Below are positions 10,647 through 23,371 of a stretch of DNA of 64,000 nt, in pieces. The stretch spans positions 160,097,193-160,161,192 of the forward strand of contig NC_068981.1 of the NCBI RefSeq assembly GCF_001194135.2, in the 5' to 3' direction. Under the pieces are notes generated by a model. It worked only from the letters and a program-made list of their open reading frames with translations, made no database searches and was not told the DNA's origin. The DNA comes from Octopus bimaculoides. Its lineage: Eukaryota. The translations under genes were made by a program, and so were the position numbers. Position 1 is the stretch's first letter. Each line of letters opens with the position of its first letter.

Positions 10647-11457
10647 TATGTCAGTTGATGTTTGCTGGAGATGACATTAACTATGGCTATTTAGCAATCC
10701 ACATTCTGTTTATTACAATCAATATTCACCAGGTAACTTAGGTTTACATTTCTTTGTCGTGTATCTGCATTGAGGAAGGCAAAAACACCAACTTTACTAC
10801 CTTCCCGAAAAATTTCAAGCTTGTGTGTGTTTTTTTTGTTTTTTTTTTTGTTTTTTTTTTTTCGTTACTGAAAATCATTCCCAACAAAGTCCATTGGGTA
10901 CTTCTGGGCAGCAGAGTGCAATAAATATCACAAATTCCATATACACATGCTTAAGTAAAAGATGGCTAGGAAATGATTAAATAATGGATGAAAGATTTAA
11001 ATCAAATACAATAAAACTGACAAATATAATATGATAAGATATAATAATTGGGATGACCTCAAGAGATAAAGATGACAATAAAATAAAACACAATACTAAT
11101 GAAAAAGCTGACCAAATATTAAAATAAAGGACAGTTAACTTGAGGGCAAGCTTAACCCTGAAGCTAAAAATGGTCATCAAGGTAATATTTTATTGCAAAA
11201 CAATGGAGAGACTTTAGTCCAGCTGTTCTTGGGCAAAAATTTGTGCATGGAACTTGCAGCATGCCTTTGAGATATCCTAGAAATATGGATGCAATTTACT
11301 AAATTCAGTAAACTAAGGTCTGATAGGAAGTTCAAGGACTGGTGAGACCAGGTAATAAGGCTCTTCCATGAAAGATGTTCAGATTAACTTCATTCCCTGA
11401 TCCCACCAGTAATGAAAGACCTCATCACCAGCAATACTATGTATTTGATTTCACACT

Positions 11458-11841
11458 GTGGAGGCGCAATGGCCCAGTGGTTAGGGCAGTGGACTTGCGG
11501 TCACAGGATCGCAGTTTTGATTCCCAGACCGGGTGTTGTGAGTGTTTATTGAGCGAAAACACCTAAAGCTCCACGAGGCTCTGGCAGGGGATGGTGGCGA
11601 ACCCTGCTGTACTCTTTCACCACAACTTTCTCTCACTCTTACTTCCTGTTTCTGTTGTGCCTGTAATTCAAAGGGTCAGCCTTGTCACACTGTGTCACAC
11701 TGAATACCCCCGAGAACTACGTTAAGGGTACACGTGTCTGTGGAGTGCTCAGCCACTTGCACGTTAATTTCATGAGCAGGCTGTTCCGTTGATCGGATCA
11801 ACTGGAACCCTCGACGTCGTAAGCGACGGAGAGCCAACAAC
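11458..11841 (+). mobile_element. Full-length tRNA-derived SINE (family C) with 11-bp TSD
   Basis: GATTTCACACT at 11447-11457 and 11842-11852; tRNA-like head ggcgcaatggcccagtggttagggcag...ttttgattccc. Confidence 0.9.
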
Positions 11842-12586
11842 GATTTCACACTCTATCAAGTACATGTTTTGGAGGAACCAACTATATTTTTGGATGGATC
11901 AGCCTCTTGTTGTGATATAATAGAGCTTCAGGTGTTAATAACTTTTTGAATGGTATAAAGAGTTCTTTGGCACTTAACAAGCATGGCTGGAGTTTGCAAG
12001 TTTTTCCTCTTTTGGAATTCAAATAAGTATGTACAAATAATTTCTTTTGCACACACACACACACACAAGGTAAAACTTCAGTATGAATTACAAAATTACA
12101 GCTCAACTTCAATTGAAATGACCTTTCTTTTTATTTTGTAATTCGTATTCGTGATGAGCATATTTAGAAACTTTATCTCCACCCCCACCTCTTATTTTTT
12201 ACCAAAATTTCTTTGGGTTCCTGTTTCCGATATAGGAAACTAGGATTTTGCCCCCAAAACACGTTTTCAAAATGTTAATAATCCTAATCCTCCCCACCCC
12301 AAATTTAAAATTTTTAACTTTTTTCAAAATTTATTTTTAATCCACGTAGAAAAATAGAGATTACGAATCTTTAAGAATTAAAAAAAAATTTTTCTTAAAG
12401 AAACACCCAACCTCCGCCCATCATCTAATATTTTAGTTTTTAGCTTTTTTGAAAGCAGGGAAGATTTTCCAGAAATAATGTCGCTTAGCTGTTGTTTTTA
12501 GCATGTCGGGATTTCTGGTGGAGGTCTGATATTTTTGACGTCTGCTATTTCAGTAGAATTCTACACATGCGTGAAACATCAGACCA

Positions 12587-13433
12587 GAGCTTTTCCCTCA
12601 TAACTTTTAGGAGAATGGCGTTTTTTCCAATGAAATTTTATAGGAATACCTTTCAAACGGCATACATTACGATTATAAAGAAAATTGTGGGGAAAATCTT
12701 TTCCAAGGGGGTGGGGAGAGGACTTCAGAAAGTTCACAAAATCCGAGCTTTTCCCTCATAACTTTTAGGAAAATGGATATTTTTCAATGAAATTTTATAG
12801 AAATACCTTTGAAACGGCATACATAACGACTATAGAGTAATTTGTGGGGAAACTCTTGAGGTGGGGAGAGGACTTTCGGAAAATTCCCAAGATCCGAATT
12901 TTGCCCCGTTATATTCCGAAATTACATTCAACTTTCTACAGATACCCTAGCGTAGCACTACTACACTACGTAGTGTTTATTTCTACCCACTTTCTATAAT
13001 TTTTAGTGTTTTGGCTTCAATTTTGTTTCATTTTCAATTATTTTTACGCTTTTTCAACCCTTCGTCGTTATTCCCATTCACTCGTTATTACTTTCTCTCT
13101 CTCTATATATATATAGAGATACATATATTATGTATATATATATACATACACACACACATACATATATACACACATATATATATACACGCACACATATATA
13201 CACACACACACACATATATACAGTTATGAGGGAAAAACTCGCATCTTGTGAATTTTCCAAAGTCCTCTCCCCACCCTTTGGAAAAGATTTTCACCACAAA
13301 TTACTTTATAATCGTAATGTATGCCGTTTGAAAGCTATTTCTATAAAATTTCATTGAAAAAAACCCATTTTCCTAAAAGTTAAGAAGGAAAAGTTCGGAT
13401 CTTGTGAATTTTCCGAAGTTCTCTCCCCCACCC
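12587..13433. repeat. Foldback-like element built from ~158-bp subunits
   Basis: Two tandem units starting at 12587 and 12745, then ~1.3 units in inverted orientation at 13223-13433, with a spacer containing a TA/CA microsatellite. Confidence 0.75.
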
Positions 13434-15554
13434 TCCCGTTGCTTTGCGCACTTTTTTTTTTTCATATTTGTTTCCTGCACATTGTTTTACATCCATTCCA
13501 ATATTTTCTTTTTTTTTGTTTCATTTTCATTTCCGAGTCAAGATGTAAACATTAACCAAAAAAATTACCAGATTCGTTATCTCTGTATTTTTCTACTGGA
13601 TTCTTTCTTTCTTTCTTTTTTGGTGGACTAGTATCGAAAGATCGCCTTAGGACTTATTCTTTGTAAGCCTAGTACTTATTCTATCGGTCTCTTTTGCCAA
13701 ACCACTAAGCAAAATCGTATTCTCCTATACTGCAAACATATAAATCCGAAAAAAATCTGATAGTAATAAAAACCACCGAAAACAGGTGGTGTACACATTC
13801 TTTACCTTTGTCATGAAGTTGATCGTCGACGCACTCTAATCACAGGTTTATGTTTACGTGCTATCCTGTCATTTTGCCCTCCATTTCTTTTTCTGCCGCT
13901 ATCACAAAGTCGTCTGCTTTCCGAAGCTGATTGATCTGCTAATTGGTCTTCCATTCAGACACTCTCGATTTACTTTCCTCATCTCGCCACCCGTATAGTG
14001 CTCTTCTCTTTGCAAGCCCTATACTAAACAATTTTACAAGTCCTTTATTCCCAGAACGTTAGTCCTTTCCAATTCTTTCACTGCATGTTTGTTTTTTCAT
14101 CAGCTGTCCAAGAGTAACATCAATCACACCGATCTCACAGGCCTCGGAGTCTTCGATGACTATAGGTACAGACCCTTCTTCTAGATCAACTATTATCCCT
14201 TCTTTTCAGTTTGGGTACTTCTTGAAAGTCGAGCCGGTGGATCGTTTCAACGTCTACCATTTACGTTTTGGGTTTTAAATCCTGCTGGGGGTTAATTTAC
14301 TGTTTTAAGTTTACCGTTTTAACCTTCTGTGTTTTATAAAATGATTTACTAGTCCAATACTGGGGTTGGTTGAATATTCTTATAAGCGATCATGTAGATA
14401 TGTGCACCACTTAGACTTTTGTCAACCAGCAGTTATTATGAAAGTGATGTCTTTAAACTTGCATATTGATAGACATCGTTTATCACTCTCAGTAATATAA
14501 TCATTAGTTTCTTTAATAATGAAAATGAAGACAAATCATCAAAACATTATTTAAAACAGTAATCAATTTAAAGAACTAACAGCAAAAACAAGTGAACTTT
14601 TATAGCTTCCTTTCAAATGAAAACCTAAGTCGAAGAACCAGAATAGTGAACTGGCAAAATCGTTAGAGGGTCGGACAAAATACCTTGATATATTTCTTCC
14701 AGCTCATTATGTCCTGATGGAAAACGAGAAGACAAAGGTGACTATGTTACGCTCGCATATCAGCTCGTCGAACGGATTTATTTACAGAGGGCGGACGGAT
14801 TAACTTTTCAAGGAAACTAATTTGAAGTGTAACCGATTGCAATTTCTCCGGTGTTGTGTGCACATGCGTGTAAGGTAAACGTTAACAAGTTGGAAGCAGG
14901 CGACACTTACCATAAGACTTTCAGTAAGTTGGGAAATATGTTAAAAATACATCTTTTTGACGAATATTCGCTTAGATTTTATCATTTATTTTATTTTTCT
15001 TTGATTGTCAGGAATAGTTGACTTTAGTTTTGAAGTGATAATATGAGAACTTGAAAAATATGTTAACTTTTTTTCTCTTAGTTTCTGTTTGATTTTACTT
15101 TTACATATAAAACATTTGGCAAAAAGATATTTCCCGAAGGAAATATTTTTTCCAAACGTTATACCTTTTCATTTCTCTATACTTTTTTTTGTGTGTGTTT
15201 ACAATCAGAATTTCTTAACTAAACAGTAATTCAGTAAAAAAAATGAAACAAGACAAACAACATAATTTACAAAAGTAAAAAGTAATGGAAGAATGAAAAA
15301 TGAAAAAAAAAAGAAAAAGAAATAGAAGATTTAAAAGAAAATGGAAATTAGCAAATAGATAATCAAAATAGCGGCATACACACTTCTTCAGCAATATATC
15401 ACTCCATGAAAACTTGTGTTTTCTGAAAAAATTTGGGAACCCCCTCCACCTCATTCCTATTGACGATTGTTGACATAATATTAAGTTTCTCATCAAAAAG
15501 AAAAACATTAACTTTGCTAGTAAATAATTTTATGTAATACAACAACAATAATAA

Positions 15555-15790
15555 TCATTATTCCTAGTATAGGCACAAGGCCCGAAATTTGTGGGGATGG
15601 GTTAGTCGATGTAATCGACGGTGATGACTGATTGGTACTTTATTTTATCGATCTGTAAAAGATGAAAGGCAATGTTGACCTCGGTGGGATGTGAACTCGG
15701 GATGTAGAGAGCGGGAATAAGTACCGCAGGGTATTTTGCCCGACTCTAACCATTTCTCCCAAACCATTATTTTGATTCTGCCAGCGAATC
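15555..15790 (-). mobile_element. SINE family D copy with CpGs retained
   Basis: gtcgatgtaatcgac...ttttatcgatc...gttgacctcggtggga. Confidence 0.65.
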
Positions 15791-16001
15791 ATTTGGAAAG
15801 GGAAACTGTGAAAGTTTACCACTTGTTTTTGTGGTTAATTCTTTAGATAATCTGTCTTAACTGTCATTATTAAAAAAAAATAAAATAAAAAGACTAATTG
15901 TATTACTGAGACTGATAAATAATGTCTATTTTATGAAAATAATCCACTAAAACTCGAAGATATGAAACGATTTGTCACCATTTCATACTTTGGATATAAA
16001 T

Positions 16002-16220
16002 CAGTGGTTCTCAACGGGGGTCCATTTAAGATTTTAAAATTTATCGGCGATAAATTAGTCATAATTCTACAATATACAAAATATTGTAACAAATTTTTAA
16101 ATAATATTTAATTAAATAAATTTTTAATAATATTTACTTATAAAACTATGAAAGAATTTTTTAAACATAGAATGGCTAGGAGTAAAATAGGAATTCAAAG
16201 GGGGTCCATAGATAAAAAAA
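16002..16220. mobile_element. hAT-type MITE fragment (one end only)
   Basis: Begins CAGTGGTTCTCAAC; matching right end not seen. Confidence 0.45.
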
Positions 16221-16413
16221 TACTCTCAGAAATAGTATTAATAACATAAGGTTTCCTTTTGCTTCTATGGAACCCACATTTATTCGAAGAAAAAATAGGT
16301 TTATTTTCCATTTTTCATTTTGCCATGTCTCTTTTTATAAAGTAAAACTGAAAACTGATGACCCATAAACAACTATTGCACCATCCATTTACCTAATGTA
16401 TTTGCGTTTTACA

Positions 16414-16916
16414 AACTGCACAAGAACTCAGATTCATTTAACAGAAGGAAACGAACCAATTTCTATGTCCCGTTAATAGTTTTTTTGAAAGGGAAGTGAA
16501 AAGACGAACACTTTAGAAAGAGTGAAAGTGAGCTAAAAAAAGTGAAAGAGAGATTCTGCGCGGTTGCACGGCTTTCTGGAAATAGCACCCAAGTCTCCCT
16601 CAAATTGCACAACCGTCTGAAACAGTTGTGGGCAACATACGGCCCACGGAATTTTCTAAATGGTACGTCTAGCAAAAAAAATTATCTTAAATTTCTTAGT
16701 GCGTTTGCCTGATGATGATCCATGTTTCATGCGACCCGCTTTATATTGTCCATATCTAGTCCCCCCCAAAAAAACATTGTATGAAATAGTCCTAGACACG
16801 AAGCACATATTCGTCACCTCTGCCAACAACGTTAGGGTGGAAGAAAATATAAGCTAACGGGACATAAAAATAAGTTCGTTTCCTTCTGTTAAATGAACCT
16901 GAATTCTTGTGCAGTT
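16414..16916. repeat. Element with ~62-bp inverted arms
   Basis: 16414-16475 is the reverse complement of 16855-16916; a hAT-like end (cagttgtgggcaac) lies inside at ~16622. Confidence 0.7.
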
Positions 16917-17344
16917 AGTGAGAACACATTTGGTCGTAGGTCTTTTTGACCAGGACTGACCTGCAGATCACCCAGTAGCGACTGGGGCAGCTAGGGTGCT
17001 CGATCTGCTGCAAACCTCCCTCAAATCGCAACTTACTGTCTAGATATGATATAAATAAGACAGGATGGTCACGGTTGGAACTCCTTTGGTCGCAGGTCTT
17101 GATCAGAGCCGACTTGGGTTATCAACAGCCGAATCACTAATTCAACATGTCAAAAGCCCTACCGCTATTGTGCGTTTACAGCTTGATCGTAACTGATTCT
17201 GCGAAATGCTTTTTTTTTAATGCACTCGTTAAACCAGTCATATAGTTGAGGACCCTATGTGGAAATCAAAACAAATTGTGTCGAGGGAAGAGTCGTGTAA
17301 AATACATGATAATCTTCTAAAATACATAACATATCGTTTCATTG

Positions 17345-17378
<34 letters not shown>

Positions 17379-17852
17379 CTTCTTCTTTTACAATAGTGCA
17401 TATTACAATATATATTATTTTCGCTTTGCAACTTTAATAATAACATTCCGATCCAAAACTGATTACCCAGTGTAATAAAATTGGTAATTGCTATGACTTG
17501 CAATTTGGCTTAATATAAAAGTTTTTCAGTTCCACAAAAACTTTCAGTTTGTGTTGGCTACTCTTATACATTATTATTGTTGTTGAAGTGGAAAATTATC
17601 TAACAGACGCACATTTAGATTTATGGATATATGTGTCTGTGTTGAACAATTTTTCATTTAAATGTAACTAGTTCTGTAAAGAATGAATTAGAAACGTTTG
17701 AATAATTTAAATATAAAACCTGAACACGGCTGTATTTTTAATAAAAAGAATGTTTAGGTAATAAATAGATGTATATAAAAACTTAAATGAAACCAAAGAA
17801 ATTTATATCAGGAAGTTAACGTTTGTTATAACAGGAGGAATAGAACTTAATG

Positions 17853-17885
<33 letters not shown>

Positions 17886-18988
17886 CAATCTTTTGACACG
17901 CTTGCTTTCATCGAAAGATCGCCATACAAATACACACTTAAGATTTTTAATCGATAAAAGTTACAAAGTGGCTCAAAGGCCAAGTGTTTCGTGCGTGACA
18001 CGTTTAATGAAGTACTATGCATGAAACTCAGTCCTTGAGTCACTTTGTAACTTCTGCCGATTAAAAATAATTAAAAGAATATTAGAAAGTAACTACATTC
18101 CTTCTTTCGCAGTCAAGCTAAACTGAAAAACTTCTAAACCAAACCAAAAGTCTTGTTTTAATGTTTATTAATTACACTCGACGAATTATGATTCACTTTT
18201 TCTATTTATTCAGTCGGCATGTTTTCCCGCTGTATACAGGTATCAATGTTTTAAAATATAAATGATTTCATAGATTTAGAGTTGAAATTCTTTACATTTA
18301 CTGCAGCTCAAGTTTCAAATATTAAATGTTTTTCTGGTGACTTTAACTGGTGTATAAAAAATTTCACTACCTAACGTATGTCTGTGACACGTAAAAAGCA
18401 CCCAGCCACACTCTGTATAGTGGTTGGCGTTAGGAAGAGCTTCCAGCTATAGAAACCATACTATAACAGACTATTGGAGTCTGGACAATAATGCTCCCTT
18501 CTCTCCTTCATGACATATTGTTGACATTCTGATTGTTTTGCACATACGCAATTTATTACTGAACGACATCTGTCCTAATTGTTATACTGCACTTCACTGA
18601 ACAAATCAATGAATGATAAACTAAAGAATGATAACCAGCTGTACTGTTTACACAGACTGTAGCATCTAAAGTGTTATTACTTGTTGGTTACTCTCAACTA
18701 TTTTACTGAATAATCAATACTGTATTTAAAAACAAAAAAAAAAGGAAAAATAAAGCCCAAAACACAGTTAATTAACCAGAGATGTCATCTGCATGTAATC
18801 AACAGTTGACTATAGGTGAACTTACATCATAGAGAGCTTTAATAATCTAACTAGAAATTCTAATGTCATCAAGAGAGGAAAATAGCTGAATAACTAATAT
18901 TATTTTATTCTGTATTTCTAATTAGATTTTTGATGCTCTGCATTTGATATGTTCATTTTTACTTTTTCAGTGCTATAGGTCTTCTTAA

Positions 18989-19193
18989 CCCTTTTGGTAC
19001 TGACCCTCCTAAAACTGCCCTGATTCTGTGATGCAAAATTCATATCTAAAAACTTCCAAGAAAATTTCATGTTAATTTATGCTCCACACACCAGCTTCAT
19101 AATGACAAAGTAATTTTACTAAATTCTTCATTATTTAAAAAATTAATTGGAATTAAGACAATGAATTTCAACAGAAATATAGTGACAAAAGAG
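18989..19193. mobile_element. piggyBac-type MITE
   Basis: TTAA (18985-18988) CCCTTTTGGTAC ... GTGACAAAAGAG TTAA (19194-19197). Confidence 0.65.
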
Positions 19194-19317
19194 TTAAGCA
19201 GAACTGACTGACTCTATACTTAGTAACAACAATGCAAGGATTTCTTTGAGGTAACCAACTTCTTGTTGATTATCAAAAAAGTTCTAGGACTGTCAGTTAA
19301 TTTACATGTATTGAATT

Positions 19318-19610
19318 CATCATCATCATCATCGTTTAACGTCTGCTTTCCATGCTAGCATGGGTTGGACGATTTGACTGAGGATTGGCATGCCAGAAGG
19401 CTGCACCAGGCTCCAATCTGATCTGGCAGAGTTTCTACAGCTGGATGCCCTTCCTAATACCAACCACTCCAAGAGTGTAGTGGGTGCTTTTACGTGCCAC
19501 CAGCACGAGGGCCAGTCAAACAGTACTGGCAACGGCCACGCTCAAAAGGTGATTTTTACGTGCCATCTGCACGGGAGCCAGTCCAGCGGCACTGGCAACG
19601 ACCTCATCCT
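19318..19610 (-). mobile_element. RTE 3' UTR fragment
   Basis: (CAT)n cgtttaacgtctgctttccatgc... with two array units. Confidence 0.85.
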
Positions 19611-20714
19611 TTTTCCTTACCTCTTCCTCTGTAACTTGTCAAATACAGCAGCTGACATTTGTCTCTCATAGGTCAATGACTGAACACAATTGGCAGGACA
19701 ACTGATTATTTAACGTCCATTTTCCATGCTGTCATAGGTTGGACAGTTTGGCTGAAAACTGGTAAGTTGCACTAGGTTCCAGTCTGATTTGGCATGGTTT
19801 CTACAGCTGGATCCCCTTCCTAACACCAACCACTCCAAAAGCGTAGTTGGTGCTTTTTACATGTCACTGGTATGGGTACCAGTTACGAAATACCAGCATG
19901 TGCCATGACTACAATCTTACTTAGCTTGACAGTTCTTCTCAAGCACAGTATATTGCCAAGGGTCTCAGTCACTTGTCACTGCCTCTGTGAGGCCCGAAGT
20001 TCAGCAAGTGCTTTTTCCATGCCGCCACCACAAGTGCCATTTGTGCAACACTGGCATCAGTCATGACTATGATTTCACCTCGCTTAACAGGTCTTCTGAA
20101 GCACGGCATATTGCTGGAGGGGGGGGTAGGAAGGAGAGGTAGATAGGGGAGGGGAAGGAGAGGTAGTGGTAAGTGAAATGTGTCATTTTTTTTAACTAAG
20201 TTTTTTTCCTCTGTTACTTAGCTGGTCCGTAAGACTTTTACGTGATTAATCGATGGGAAAGGCGAAGAAAGAAAGGAAAAGGAGAGAGAAAAAGAGGGTA
20301 AAGTGAGGAGCGAGAGAAAAAGGGGGAGAGTACTGTGTCTATAAAATTGTGCGTAAAGTATATAAAGTGCATTAAGTAACTCTCATATTCTAATTTCCAT
20401 CACTTTTCAATGATTAGTAGATAAGCAACTATTTCTCCATACAGACACAACACAGGCTATACTTCCAGACTTTTTGGATAAAGTTTTCAGAAATAACCCA
20501 ATAAGTTGACCATTAATTCCATGCAATATTCACAGGTCCCTCTAGTTCGTGATAAACTTTATCTTTAAGCATATTTCTAAAGATTTGCTTGTCATCTATT
20601 ATACAGACCATTCTTTGTAAATATAATTAACCATTCTTTGTAAATATATATTAGAAAACATGCATTATTTGATTAATTCATTTTACTGAATGAAAACGAT
20701 TTCATTTTAAACAG

Positions 20715-20970
20715 ATGGCTTCCGTTGCCTGTGATACTCTTCCACGCCTGAGTAGTGCATTGCGAGCCTTCTCCAATGTATCAGCTGAAGTATCTACATA
20801 TGATAAAAGAAACAGAGAATTATTCAGCAAAAGGCTCCGAAGGGCCAAAGAACAGAATGAAGAAGAAAGTTGGTCCAAGCTGGTTACTATTATAAAGAAA
20901 AATGCCATTGTTGACCAGGCAGAATTGCAAGTATCTTTAAAAGAACTGAAAGACAGAGCAAAAGATATTG
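20715..20970 (+). CDS. ASCC3: ASCC3 coding exon 1 (ATG directly after an acceptor AG, so a 5' UTR exon lies upstream)
   Basis: acag|ATG; MASVACDTLPRLSSALRAFSNVS resembles human ASCC3 MALPRLTGALRSFSNVT; donor G|gtaaat, phase 1. Confidence 0.92.
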
Positions 20971-21914
20971 GTAAATATTTTATAATTTTCAAAGAAAATA
21001 AGTGGCAGTGTAAATGACACTAATCCTTTTTCATTAATATCAGTTCACAACTTTTATATATTAATTTAAAAGAAGGACTAGTGTCATTTAAAAATCTTGC
21101 TTGAAGACAAACAGTTAATATTTTCTAAAAGTGATTTTAAATTTAAAGAAAAAGACTATAGTCTAGAGGTACAAGAATGCATGTTTATCTTTCATTTTTT
21201 TGTTTTTGGTAACATTAGTAATGTTATTAATATTTAGTGTTTGTAAGGCAGTGAGTTGGCAGTATTGTTAGCATGCTGGGCAAAATGCTTTTTGTCCATC
21301 TTTATGTTCTGAGTTCAAATTCTACCAAGGTCGTCTTTGCATTTCATCTTTTCAGGGATCAATAAAATAAATACCAGTTGAACACTGGGATCAGTGTAAT
21401 CAACTTATCCCATCCACCTGTGCCAAAATCTGAAACCAATATTTAGTGACTCTATTCTTTCTTGTTATTAGACATAGTTAGTTGTCTAACATTGCTGGCT
21501 TGTGATGACTCTACAATTTACTACTAATTTAATTCTAATTATATTCATCTTTAGCCCTAATTCTTCATTTTAAACTTCTTTCAAGTCTTTTAAACAATTA
21601 GTCCTAAAGACATTATATATTGAACTCTCTCAAAATGTTTTCAACAAGCAGAATGAAAAGGATTTAGTTGAACAAAGATTCTGAATAAACAGCTTAGATT
21701 TCTCAATGAGTCTAATGCCAATTCTGACCTAAATAGCTCTCAAATCATTCATTCACAACTATCTTTCTTCATGGTAGAATTTGTTATTTATCACATAAAT
21801 TTGTTGCAACTGATTCATCAGAATGGCAGATGAACTCTTTGTCTTAGAACAAGTTAAATTGCATTTTATTCACCTCCGCTCTGGAATTAAAGTGACTGAA
21901 TATATAACGTTTAA

Positions 21915-22146
21915 TCTTTTAGCGCTTAAAATGGCCATATCTGGCCCAAATATTCTACTTTTTTTCTTCTTTATTTTGCATTCAAACCAGCCTGATCTGG
22001 CCTCTCCCACCTATCCTACAATGTCATTCTAGAAATAAACAGTCAAATCATCAAAATTTCAAAGCTATGAAATAATGCATGATTAATTCAAAACAATGTG
22101 AATAAATAAGCATTATATTTGACAGAGATATCTGAATGCTAAAGAA
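21915..22146. mobile_element. piggyBac-type MITE (decayed)
   Basis: TTAA at 21911-21914 and 22147-22150; ends tcttttagcgct / aatgctaaagaa. Confidence 0.55.
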
Positions 22147-22569
22147 TTAAGCTAAGTTCTTGAGTATAAATCTCATTTGTAGCATTGGAGCTGGACATTT
22201 AACTTATCTGTCAGGATTAGGTTTCAGATCTGATAATGTTATTTATAATAAACTCAGGTGCACACAGTTTATTTCATTTCTGTTTAATGCTTTGAAAATC
22301 TGACTAAACACTGAGACATGTATGATTAAATAGACTCAAAAGATGCTGGTATTAGTCTGCATCATCAAGATTCTATTATACATTAAAATCAATAAAAAGA
22401 GTACTTTTTACTGAAGAAGGACTCTGTCTGAAACTGGATTTTCCATTCTGTCACAGCAAGTTCACGGTAGTCTTTTAATCAAGTTTATTAAACACTCAGA
22501 CAATTGCATTTATTTTAAGTAATTGATTCAGTTTTAGATTGTCATTTTTGTGTGTATGTGTTAAACAAA

Positions 22570-22756
22570 TGCAAGGAGTGCTGAAAAGTTCCTGGCTTTA
22601 AGGGTATTCTGAAAGGCCTGGTTGGAGGCCCAACCTTCCAAGTTCTTTTACAGTTTTTAAGTGGGTGAATCTGAGAGGAGAATATATTGAATAAAATCGT
22701 AATTAACTGATCCACCTGTATTTTTTTTTTTTTTTTTTACTCAAAGTCAGGAACTT
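22570..22756 (-). mobile_element. Mariner-type MITE, one TIR truncated
   Basis: Reverse-orientation copy of 48447-48663; ends ~40 nt upstream of the ASCC3 exon 2 acceptor. Confidence 0.75.
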
Positions 22757-22796
22757 AATATTCTGTTATTGTATAAACAACTTTTTTTCTTTGCAG

Positions 22797-23371
22797 TTGG
22801 TCATGATTCAAACATGGAAACAATAGAAAGTGCTGCTTTTTTTCTTTTCCAAACATTCCAAAATGTTCAAATGGTTGGACATAGTGAAAGTGTAAAGTTG
22901 CGTAGCATATTTGGTCCTTTTCCAGCCACCGTAGCATCTTCAGCTTGTCAAATAGTTTCCAGAATTACATCATGGCTTCCTGAATACTCTGCTGATTTGT
23001 TTGCATATTCTAATTCTTGTGAAAAAAATTCTGAAAAACAGAATGAAGAATTTGGAAACAATGTGAAATTTTCTGTTGAGCCTTTGATTTCAGTGGAAAT
23101 GAATTATTCAAGCTCAGAATCTGAGGATGAAGTTGATTCTAGTCTGTTGTCATTGAAATACCAATGTAACAAAGATCAAACTGCTTTAAGGACACCAGAT
23201 GGTAAAGCAGATTCAAAACAAGACAATTTCAATACTTCAGCGTTAATATCTGAAGTGAAAAAGCATTTTAACAATGAAAGCTACGTTCTTGGAATGACAA
23301 TTGAAAATCTTTGTTCTAACCTCTTTGACTTTCTATCATCTTCCAAATCTGATGATGCTCTACAGAATGAT
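22797..23371 (+). CDS. ASCC3: ASCC3 coding exon 2 (N-terminal region)
   Basis: ttgcag / gtaagt; 575 nt; IESAAFFLFQTF...IFGPFPATVASSAC...SSKSDDALQND. Confidence 0.92.

Noticed and set aside
13011-13357. ORFs rich in YI/HT/VC dipeptides
   Set aside because: Translations of (TA)n/(CA)n microsatellites.
13800-14260. Minus-strand coding-looking stretch (MVDVETIHRLDFQEVPK...)
   Set aside because: All frames are interrupted by stops within ~25-50 codons and nothing resembles a known protein.
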